Shown in pieces: positions 15,001 to 27,000 of a stretch of DNA of 64,000 nucleotides. The notes under the pieces were generated by a model that saw nothing but the letters and a program-made list of their open reading frames with translations, did no database searches and was not told where the DNA came from. Every line of letters begins with the position of its first letter. Positions within the stretch are counted from its first letter, which is position 1. The stretch is from Candidatus Omnitrophota bacterium. Lineage in GTDB: Bacteria; Omnitrophota; Gorgyraeia; Gygaellales; Profunditerraquicolaceae. The position numbers and the translations under genes are program-made. Location of the stretch: assembly GCA_041662125.1 (NCBI GenBank), contig JBAZTA010000002.1:9064-73063 (forward strand), in the 5' to 3' direction.

Positions 15001-18000
15001 GTTATACTTTAGAGTTTGTGCCTGGCCGTTTTGATATCAAGGCTTTTGGCACGGTCAATCCTAAACTGCATAAGTTTGTGCATGACGGTAGAGTAGTGAC
15101 CATCCGTCAGGATGGAACGCTGGAAGGGCCCACTCAGGCTCTTCAGGAACATTTCGGCGCAAATATAACCGGTAATTTCCGTTTAGTTTTGAGCCGCGGG
15201 AATCAATCAAAAGAAGTTTCTGTAACCGAGCTCCTGGAAATACCGGGCATAATGTTTGCCAGTAAATACCAGCCGTCTTTCCCATCTCCTTCAGGAACAG
15301 AGATAGTCGATTATTCCGCGGAAGGTATGCTCGCTCAGAAGCGTTTTAATGAACTGGGAGGAGAAAGCCAGTATCACACCTTTAGTAGATTTTCTTTTGG
15401 CAGCGCTCTTAACGACGGGAAAGAAGTTGCCGGAAGCCTCAGGTTTACCAGGCTTGATCGCGGACATTCGTTGCGGTTGGTAGAAGCGCTTCAGGAATAC
15501 GCGTTAGATAAAGAAAACAGCTTGATCGGTGAGTGGAAAAATAGCGGTATGATCGATACGCGGATTGAAGAATTCTTCCGCGGGCTGGGCGTAAATTATT
15601 TTGCTCTTCTGGCGACAGGTAAGCTGTTGATCATTCTGGGCTCTGGCCGTATTTTGCATATGACGCTTCCTGTCAGGATTATGCCTCTGGATGAGACCTA
15701 TAAGTTCTTCCTCTATAACGTTGATATTATCAAAGGCCGTTTAGCAGACCTGGGCGATTATCTGGATATAAAAGAAAGTACTAATGATGTTGATACCCTA
15801 AGAGATATCCGTGAATCGACCGCGATCATGCTGGCTATGGTTTCTCAGTTGATACGTGATCTAGAAACAGCCGGAATAACTCAGGCTGATGATGCCCGCA
15901 GGCAGAAGTTCCTGGGAGCTTTTGCGGAAGGCTTTGCCAATAAAATCGTGCAAAAAGAGCTTCTTCCTGCTCCTGTTATGTTGAATGATATTACCTATAT
16001 ACGTAATGAAGAGAAGGTGCTGTATCATCGTTTGCAGCGCATATCCCGCCAGAAACTTTCAGATAATTTTGAGAATTTAGTCCATCTTCTTACTGCAAGT
16101 ATTCAGCCGGTGATGGCGCAGTGGCCGGTATTAGATTTCTCAGATCCCTTAGCTTTTAACATGAATGCCAGTGTTCCTTATCGTTTCAGCCCTTACGAAG
16201 ATTACACAGACAGAACAAAATATCCCGATCTTTGGTCAGAAACCAGGTCCGCGCTTAAGCTGCTTGCTGAGAGCCAAAGGCCTCAAGGCTACCCGGCTTA
16301 TTTCTGGAAGATCCGGGGAGAAGAGCTTGCTGAAAGAAAAGATCTTTTGGGTAATGGAGGGCGTTTGGCAAAATTGACGGGCGCTCTTCATGAAGCGTTT
16401 AGCGCGCAGAAGAATACGGTTTACGTCGATGAGCAGAAAGTATCTTTATTTGAGGCTTTAGATGAGCTTAATGTTTTGATCAAAGAGTCCAAGAAGGCTT
16501 ATCAGTCTTCCTCGAGTGCGATAGAGGCAGAAAAGGATCAGGGCTGGAACAGTGAAGGTATCTGTATCGCGGCGCAGACGTTATACCGAAACACGCAGTA
16601 CGGATGGGCGCGGCGGTTTGTTGAGGACATATATCGGGCGAACGCGGGGAGCGAGTTATTTGTGGCAGCGGCAGAGCGAGCGTTAGGGCGGTTAATGTTT
16701 GTGAAGCATTACCGAGCAGGGGTGGGATATATCACGCATCAGGTAGGGTTATTGGAAAGTGTGCCGATCGAGAAGTGGGATGAAGACAGGTCGGTGATGA
16801 AGGTATTGAAATGGTATGGGAATGGAGAGGCAGTGAGGAACGCAGAAGCGATAGAATTTATCGTATCATTTTACGGGATACTGAAGTATTGTCAAGAAGG
16901 GCAGAATCAGAGGAAATGGTTTGTAGGTGAGATATTGAGCATGTTGGCGTGCGAGGAAACAGAAAGCGTGGCGTACCACCGAGCGTTAGGGGTGTGGGAA
17001 TTGATCAAAGGGAGGGTGAGCGAAGAGCATAAGGTATGGTGGAATAAAGTAGCAGGAGAAGCTCGGTTAGATCAGGCGGTGATGAACCGGTTGAGGATAT
17101 TGCTTGGGCAGAAAGAACCGCGGGGTAAGATCAACAGAAGATCGGAATATGAGTTAGATGGTGCGCGATCGTTTAGAGAGCGGTTAGGGATATTAAAGGA
17201 AGCGATCGTGGTGGAAGGCGTTGAAGGAGTGGTATTGCAGAAGGCAAGCGGAGATTACCAGGTGACGATAGGAGCGGACCTGTTGACGCATTCAGATTGG
17301 GAGTTAGACGCGAGAGTTCGGTGGCGAAGGAAAGGCCAGCAGCAGTGGCAGAGGACAAAGATGTATAGTATTGGCGCATACCGATGGCAGGGGGTATGCG
17401 AGATAGGAAAAGATGATCCTGAGGATTACGAGTATACGTTGACGGCCTGGGTGAATGTGGGGGAGACCTGGAGACAGAATATCCGTGAGCGATGTGTGCT
17501 TGCGCCTGAAGAGATCAATGATATCAAGAGCGATGTGCTGCTGGGGATAGAGTTATTAAAGCAGATGATCACGGAATACGGGTTAGAGGGCGAAGAGGCG
17601 GGGAAGGTGAATAAGCATATTGCGTCATTAGAGATGGAAGCGCAGTACGCGGGAGATATCTGTGTGATCTCAGAGCGGGACGAGTTGAAGGAATTGATGG
17701 TGAAGTATCCGTTACGAGACCATTTGATCAGGTATGAAACATACGGGCCGCAGCTGAAGGTGGTAGGGGATAAGGTGGTCAAGAACGATAAATTGGTATG
17801 GTTATGGAATGAAAAGCCGATGGTAGATGACGGAGAGTATTCGGCAAAGAGGATTGTAGGAGAAGTAATAGAGGTAGAGATAGATACGATCATTATAGAT
17901 ACGAAACGGGTAATGTTAAAGTACCGCAGGAAGTGGCAGGCAGAGCCGTGGCAGCAGACAGTGATGGAATGTGTGAGTAGGGATGGGGTATACCGGTGGA

Positions 18001-21000
18001 AAGGTAAATTTAAGGCAGAAGAAGTTGGTCGGTATGAGGTAAGTTTTGAGATAGAAGATGGCTCAGGGTTAGTGTACCGGTATGAAGATGAGATCACGGC
18101 GCTCGAAGTGATGGTGAGCCCGGAAGTGGCGCGGTTCGGGACGTGGTATGCATCGTTCCCGAGATCGTTTGGCGGGTTTCGTGGGTTGATCAAAGATATT
18201 GAGCGGGTAGCAGGAATGGGATTTGATGTTTGGTATTTACCTCCGATCTATCCGATCGGGATAACCAATAGGAAAGGGCGTAACAACAGTTTAGTAGCAG
18301 GAGCGAATGATCCAGGGTCACCGTGGGCGATCGGGAACATTTATGAAGAAGTAGAAGGAGACCGCGGCCATAAATCAGTGCATCCCGGATTAGGGACAAT
18401 AGAAGATTTCAGGAATTTCAGGGAAGCGGCAGAGTCAAAGGGGATGAATGTCGCGTTAGATCTGGCGTTCCAGTGTTCACCGGAGCATCCATATGTAAGG
18501 GATCATCCGGAATGGTTTTATTTGCGTCCGGATAAGAGCATCAAATACGCGGAGAACCCGCCGAAGAAGTACCAGGATGTATACCCGCTTAATTTTTATC
18601 CTGAAAATAACGGGGATATGGAAGCGTTATGGAATGAGTTGAAGAGCGTGGTAGAGTTCTGGGTCGTGCAGGGGGTGAAGATATTCCGGGTGAACAGTCC
18701 GTATAAGAACCCGTTTCGGTTCTGGCAATGGCTGATCGATGAGATCCATAAGGTGAATCCAGAGGTAGTGTTTTTATCAGCGGCATTGACGAATCCTAAG
18801 GCGCAGCGGTTATTAGCGAAAGCAGGGTTCCAGTTGTCGTATACGGATTATCCGGCGCGCAACGACCGTGCGCAGTTAGAGGAACTTATCAGCGATGCGC
18901 AAACAGGGATAGCGACGTGTCAGACAAAGGAATACTTAAGAGGGTTATTGCCGGCCAATACGCCTGACATATTATCGAATTGGTTGAGCCGTGTGCCCAA
19001 GACAAAGGTAGAATTAGAACGGGCGTTTAAGATAAAGTATTTGTTGATGTTTTTGTCTCCGAGCGTGATGATCTATGGGCCGGCGTATGAATTGTGCTGG
19101 AACCAGCAGGTAGAACAGGGCGGGGTGCGGGAGTACGAGGATTCAGAGAAGTACCGGATCTACAACTGGCCAGAGATCATAAAAGAGGCACAAGAGAATA
19201 ACCAAGCGGATATCAGCGGGTTTATCGCGATGGTGAACCGGATCAGGAGAGAACATCCGGCGTTACAGTCTGATGAGGTACGATTCATAAAAATAGAGGG
19301 ACAGGAGCACCGGCCGGAAGACCAGCATCATATGGTGGTGTTCATGAAACGCTCGGAGGATAAGACTGAGACGATGATCGTGGCGGTGAACATCGATGTG
19401 TCGGGCGCGATGCGCTGGGTGAACGCGACGATACCGGTACAGGAGATGGGGATCGGCTGGGGCCAGACGTATGTGTTGGAAGATGTATTGAACCAGGGGG
19501 AATCCTACACCAAGAACAGCGCGGTCGTTGGTATTGGCCGTGGCGGAGAAAAAGATATCGCCCATATCTTTATCGTGAAAAAATCCTCTTCGGCAATTTC
19601 TGGTTTTGATGCTGAAAAACTCTGTCTTACCGCGCAGTTGTGGTATGCCAAAGACCGTTTTACCTGGGCTGAGAGATTCAGCCAATACTATTGGGAGAAT
19701 GCGCAGTCGGAATTCTTCGTGCCTGCGGCGGAAATTGCCCTCGCAAGGTTGCTTTTTGATAAGAACTTCTACGAAGGGGTAGCGTATGTCTTGCACAGGG
19801 TTAACTTATTGGATCCTGCTCCTATATCTGCGTGGGGGGATGATAAGTCAGTCGTTAATGTCCTGAAATTGTATGGGAATGGTTCAGAGGGAAGAAGTAA
19901 TACCGAGATAGAAAGATTAAGTAATGAAATAGTTGATTTTATGGTTTCTTTTTACGGATTACTTGCGCACCGTAAAGAGGGACAGCGGCAGAGAAAGTGG
20001 TTTATAGGGCAGGTTTTGAGCATACTGGCCAATGAAGAGCCGCAGAGCGTTGCCTATGAACGGGCATTGTCCGTATGGCTGGGAATAAAAACTAAGGTTA
20101 ATGATGAACATATAACATTCTGGAATGAGATAGTAAGCGGGATCCCGCTTGAAGAAAATATCAATAACCGCATAAAAATATTCCTGGGTAAGAGAGATGT
20201 TCGGTCAAGAATCATCCGCAGGGCAGATTATGATGAAGCAAGCGTTAAACCCTTCAGGCAACGGTTAGGTATTTTAAAGGAAGCTATCGTTTTTGATAAT
20301 ATGGAAGGCGGGGTTGAGCAGTTGGGTGATGGCCGGTATAACGTTATTATCGATGTGGATATGCTGGTCCATGAAAGCTGGGAATTAGGAGCCAAGATAA
20401 AGTGGAGTTTAAAAGGGCAGGACCAGTGGCAAGAAGCCTCTATGTTTGGCATCGGAGCCTATCGCTGGAAAGGGATCTGTTATATCGATCAAGAAGCTCC
20501 CCAGGATTATGAGTATTCGATAGAAGCCTGGGTAAATGTCGGTGAGACCTGGAGGCAGGAAATTATCAAGCGCTGCCTGGCTGCTCCTCAAGAGACCGTT
20601 GATATTAAGAGCGATGTGTTGCAGGGTATTAAGTTGTTAAAGCAATTGAGCAGTGATCGTTGTTTTGAAGCAGGTCAACTTCCGCGGATCGATAATCTTA
20701 TCAGGCAGTTCGAGGATAAAAATGCTTCTTTACCGCAAGGTGAGCTCAGTTTTGAGGTAAGGCAGGATTACTCCAAGAGCGTTTGTCAGCTTGCGGATAG
20801 TGACGATATCAAAGGATTGATGTTTGAGTATCCGTTGCGCCAGCATCTGATCCGGTATGACGTGTACGGCCCGCAGATAAAGGTAACGGGAAATAAAGTC
20901 GTCAAAAATGATCAATTGACTTGGATATGGAATGAAACTCCGGTTGTCAATGGCGGAGAATATCCTGTTAAGCGGATCGTAGGAGAGCCGATAACTGCTA

Positions 21001-24000
21001 CGATGGAGACGATCATTATCGATTCTCAATCGGTATTGTTAAAGTATCGCCAAAAGTGGGGAGAAACTCTCTGGCATACGGTTGAAATGGAATGTATTAA
21101 TAAAGACAGGGCGTACCGGTGGCGGGGTGAGTTTATTCCTTTAGAAGTGGGGCGCTATGAGATCAGCTTTGAAATCCGAGATATCGCCGGGCAGGTATAC
21201 AAATATGAAGAAGAGATAACGCCGTTAGAAGTAATGGTAAGTCCTGTGGCAGCGCGCTTCGGGACCTGGTATGAATCGTTCCCGCGGTCGTTTGGCGGGT
21301 TTAAAGGGATGATAAATGATGTAGATCGTGTCGCAGGGATGGGATTTGATATATGGTATTTGCCTCCGATACATCCGATCGGAGAGACTAAGCGTAAAGG
21401 AAAGAATGGCAGCCTTACCCCCGAGCCTGGTGCTCCGGGTTCCCCATGGGCAATAGGTAATATTTCTGTAGCAGTTGAAGGGGACCGGGGACATAAGTCA
21501 GTACATCCTGATTTAGGGACAATGGATGATTTTAGAGATTTTGTCGCTGCGGCGCAAGCAGTCGGAATTAAAGTTTCCCTGGATTTCGCGTGTAATTATT
21601 CCCCGGACCATCCGTATGTGCATGATCACCCTGAATGGTTCAACCGTAGGCCTGACGGCAGTATTAAATACGCGGAGAACCCTCCGAAAAAATATGAAGA
21701 TATTTATCCTTTGAATTTTTATCCCGAAAAAGACGAGGATATGGAAGCGCTGTGGTTTGCTATTAAGGACGCGTTTGAATTCTGGATCGAGCAGGGCGTT
21801 ACCGTTTTCAGGGTCGATAACCCTCATAAAAAACCATACGGCTTCTGGCGCTGGCTCATCGATGAGATACATAAAAGACATCCGGAGACGATCTTCCTGG
21901 CTGAGGCTTTTACCAACGCCAAGATCATGAGGCTTTTAGCCAAATCGGGATTCCAATTATCGTATACCTATTATCCGTGGAAGAATAGCAAGCCTCAATT
22001 GGAAGAATTTATTTTAAATCCGGAAATAGGGATCATGACCTGCCGGACAAAAGAATATTTCAGAGGGCTTTTGTCGGCGAATACTCCGGATATACTCCCT
22101 GAGTGGCTCAGCCGTATTCCCAGAAATAAGGAAGAACTCGAGCGGGCGTTCATGATCCGCTATATCCTCATGCTTATGTCGCCGAGCGTGATGATCTACG
22201 GGCCGGCGTATGAATTATGCTGGAATATGCAAGAAAAAGAAGGCGGTTCTACGGAATACCGCGATTCCGAGAAATTTGAAGTAAAACGCTGTAAAGAATT
22301 TTTGCAAGCCGCAAAAGAAGATGCCTTGAAGTCTCCCGAGGAAAGATCTATCCCCGACATCAGCGGCTTTATTACCGCGGTCAACCGGGTGAGAAAAGAG
22401 CATCCCGCGTTACAATCAGACGATATCCGTTTCATCAGAATAGAAGAACAGAAGCGCCGTCCTGAGGACCAGCATTATATGGTCGGTTTTATAAAGAAGT
22501 CGGTTGATAAGAATGAAGTTGTCCTGGTCATCGTAAATATTGATCCTTCAGGTACCGAACGCTGGGTGAATGCGACAATACCGATTGAAGAGTTAGGCAT
22601 CGACTGGGGAGAGTCATATGAATTAGTTGATGTGTTGAATCCCGGAGAGAAGTATACCAGAGACAGCGCGGTCATTGAGCTCATCCGCGGCGGTAAGAAT
22701 AGGCCCCTTGCTCATATCTTCGTGCTTAAGAAATTGCAAGATAAGGCATCTTCAGCAATTGTAGCCGCCTCCAGTGCAATAGGGGCAGAAGAAGATTCCT
22801 GGAGCAGCGAGGGGATCTGTATCGCGGCGCAGACGTTGTACCGAAGTGCGCAGTACGGATGGGCATTGCGGTTTGTGGAAGACATTTACCGGCCGAACGC
22901 GGGGAGCGAGGGATTTGTGATGGCGGCGGAGCGCGCGTTAGGGCGGTTGTTGTTTGTGCGGCATTACCGCGCGGGAGTGGGGTATATCACGCATCAGGCG
23001 GGGTTATTGGAAAGTGTGCCGATCGAGAAGTGGGATGAAGACAAGTCGGTGATGAAGGTATTGAAATGGTATGGTAACGGTGAGGCGGGCAGGAACGCGG
23101 AAGCGGTGGATTTCATCGTATCATTTTACGGGATCCTGAAGCATTGTAAAGAAGGGCAGAATCAGCGGAAATGGTTTGTGGGGCAGATTTTGAGTTTACT
23201 GGCGTGCGAGGAGAGCGATAGCGTGGCGTACCACCGAGCGCTGGGGGTATGGGATCTGATCAAAGGGCGGGTGAGCGAAGAGCAAAAGGTGTGGTGGAAC
23301 AAGGTGATCGGGGAGGCGCGGTTAGACCAGGCGATATTGAACCGGATGAGGATCCTTCTTGGGCAGAAAGAACCCCGGGGGAAGATCCTGAGACGGGCAG
23401 AGTATAAAGAGGAAGCAGGGAAATCGTTCAGGGATAGGTTAGGGATATTAAAGGAAGCGATCGTGGTAGAAGGAGTGGATGGAGTGGTATCGCAGAAGTC
23501 AAGCGGGGATTACCAGGTAGTGATCGGGGCGGACCTGTTGACGCATTCAGACTGGGAGTTAGACGCGAGAGTGCGGTGGCGCAGGCGAGGGCAGCAGCAG
23601 TGGCAGGGTGCGAAGATGTATAGTATCGGAGCGTACCGGTGGCAGGGGGTTTGCGATATCGGGAAAGACGATCCTGAGGATTACGAATATACGCTATCGG
23701 CATGGGTGAATGTGGGAGAGACCTGGAGGCAGAGTATCCATGAACGCTGTGTGCTGGCGCCGGAAGAGATCGCTGATATCAAGAGCGATGTATTGCTGGG
23801 GATCGAGTTATTAAAGCAGATGATCACGGAATACGGGTTAGGGGGCGCAGAGGCGCTGAAGGTGAATAAGCATATTGCGTCATTAGAGATGGAAGCGCAA
23901 TACGCGGGAGATATCTGTATGATCACCGACCGTGAGGAGTTGAAGGAATTGATGGTGAAGTACCCGTTACGAGACCACCTGATCAGGTATGAAAATTACG

Positions 24001-27000
24001 GCCCGCAGTTGAAGGTGGTGGGCGAGAAAGTGGTGAAGAACGATAAATTGGTATGGTTATGGAATGAAAAGCCGATGGTCAATGACGGGGAGTACGCGGT
24101 CAAGCGGATCGTGGGAGAGACAGTCGAGATAGAGATAGATACGATCATCATAGACGCGAAGAGGGTCATGTTAAAGTACCGCAGGAAGTGGCAGGGCGAG
24201 GATTGGCAGCGCACGGTGATGGAATGTGTAAGCAAGGATGGGGTGTACCGGTGGAAAGGGGCATTTAAGGCAGAAGAAGTTGGGCGGTATGAGGTAAGTT
24301 TCGAGGTAGAAGACAGTGCGGGGTTAGTGTACCGGTATGAAGATGAGATCACGGCGCTGGAAGTGATGGTGAGTGCGGAAGTGGCGCGTTTCGGGACGTG
24401 GTACGCGTCGTTCCCGAGATCGTTCGGCGGGTTTAAGGGGATGATCAAGGATGTTGAGCGTGTCGCGGGTATGGGATTTGATGTATGGTATTTGCCTCCG
24501 ATCTATCCGATCGGGATAAGCAATAGGAAAGGGCGTAATAATAGTTTGGTAGCAGGGGAGAATGATCCCGGTTCACCATGGGCGATCGGGAACATCTATG
24601 AAGATGTGGAAGGAGACCGCGGTCATAAATCAGTGCATCCGGGTTTAGGGACAATCGAAGATTTCAGGATGTTCAGGGAAGCGGCAGAGTCAAAAGGAGT
24701 GAATGTGGCGCTGGATTTGGCGTTCCAGTGTTCGCCGGAGCATCCGTATGTAAGGGACCATCCGGAATGGTTTTACCTGCGGCCGGACAAGAGCATCAAA
24801 TACGCGGAGAACCCGCCGAAGAAGTACCAGGATGTGTACCCGCTTAACTTTTATCCTGAGAATAACGGGGACATGGAATCGTTATGGAAGGAATTGAGGA
24901 GCGTGGTGGAGTTCTGGGTCGCTCAGGGGGTGAAGATATTCAGGGTGAACAGCCCGTATAAGAACCCGTTCCGGTTCTGGCAGTGGCTGATCGATGAGAT
25001 CCATAAGAATAATCCTGAGGTGGTGTTTTTATCTGCGGCGTTGACGAACGCGAAGGCGCAGCGGATGCTGGCGAAGGCAGGGTTCCAGTTATCGTATACG
25101 AATTATCCTGCCCGGAACGACCGCGCGCAGTTAGAGGAGCTGATCAGCGACGCGCAGACAGGGATAGCGACGTGCCAGACAAAGGAATATTTAAGAGGGT
25201 TATTGCCGGCCAATACGCCTGACATATTATCGAATTGGTTGAGCCGGGTGCCGAAGACGAAGGTAGAGTTGGAACGGGCGTTCAAGATAAAGTATTTGTT
25301 GATGTTATTGTCGCCGAGCGTGATGATCTACGGGCCGGTATATGAGTTATGCTGGAACAACCAGGTAGAACAGGGCGGGGTGCGGGAATATGTCGATTCG
25401 GAGAAGTACCGGGTCTACGACTGGCCGGAGGTTATAAGGCAAGCGCACGAGAATGATGATGCGGACATCAGCGGGTTTATCGCGAAAGTCAACCGGATCA
25501 GGAAAGAACATCCGGCGTTACAGTCTGACGATGTGCGGTTCATCAAACTGGAGGGCCAGGCGCACCGTCCGGAAGACCAGCATTATATGGTGGTGTTCAT
25601 GAAACGGTCAATGGATAAGTCTGAGGCGATGATCGTGGCGGTGAACATCGATGTATCCGGGGCGATGCGCTGGGTGAACGTGACGGTGCCGGTGCAGGAG
25701 CTGGGGATCGGCTGGGGCGAGACGTATGTGTTGGAAGATGTATTGAACCAGGGTGAATCCTACACCAAGAACAGCGCGGTGGTGGGTATCGGCCGTGGCG
25801 GAGAAAAAGATATTGCCCATATCTTAATCGTGAAAAAATCCTCTTCGGCAATTGTGGTTGAAGATGCTCTGCGTGCCCGGATAAGCGAACTTGGGATAGA
25901 AAGAGATGGAATTGGAAAAATTTTAACAGTTCGAATCAAAGAATGGGAAAACATTCAGGCAGTAATCGTTTCTTTAAAGTCTGAACATAGAACAAAATCC
26001 GGCGAAGCTGACAGGATCTGGGCAAAGACGGCAGATGTAAGAGCAAAAATACGGCTTTATTCTGAAGGGCTTGTTTTTTGGAAAAAGTTTTTGCGTTTTT
26101 TCTGGCCGTCTTCAGAACAAAGAGAAGTAAGGATAAAGGAACGTCTTTGGAAGAATTTGGTAAAGCAACGCGATGCCTTAATGAAGGATATTCGGAAAGC
26201 GCAGGCGGAAGAAAAAACTTTTGCAGGTGGGGTTAAACAGTTACAAGGCAACGTCTTTGTTATTAATGGTGAAATAGAAAAGCTTCAGAGGCAGCTTGAT
26301 GCCTTTAATAGTCCTATCCCACAGAAAATATTGGCTCCTGCAGTGGCTGATGTTTTGTCTGAAGCTGCTGCTGGTGTTTGCGTTGCTCAAAAGACGAGAG
26401 TTCCTGTGTGCCAGGAAGCTTCAAGAGCAGCCGCGCAGGGAAAACCCGTTATTCGCGTTTCGGCGAAACAGGCAAAAGCTTTGGTAGAGAATTTGACAGA
26501 ACATATCACCTTGTCCTATATCAAGGCGAATCAAGAAAACATGGTTGAACTTCTTGCGGCAGTTTGCGGAGAGTTGCCTTTAGAGCGCCTGGCAAAGCTT
26601 TTGGCTCAATACATGTGGCTTGACCCTTCTCAAAAACATATTATAGATGCGATCATGGACCGATTCACCAGCTTTGATCTTGGTATCTTTCAAGGTGTCT
26701 TTCAGGCGTGGGATACGCTTGAGAATATCGCTTTCGCCGAAAATACTTTCCAGGTTTATCTCCTCAAGAGGAATAGTGGAAATAATAGCCAATGGAAACA
26801 AGAACAACTGTTAAATGATTTAGCCGAGCAGCTTAAAAAGCAGCCGGGAACCAAAAGGTCAAAGAGTTCTTTAAAGATCGATAATAGTCATTTTGGACTG
26901 TATCATGCCCGCATCGATTCTAATAATTGGCGTATATTCTTCCGGATCAATTGTGATGAGAAAATAATCATTATTGTGGATATAGTTACGAGAGCGGAGT

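Noticed and set aside
16500-25860. CRISPR array or mobile-element repeats as an explanation for the periodic similarity at 16-26 kb
   Set aside because: The repeat unit is about 3.1 kb, protein-coding and in-frame (GlgE-like modules). There are no short 25-40 nt direct repeats with unique spacers, and no transposase or integrase motifs.
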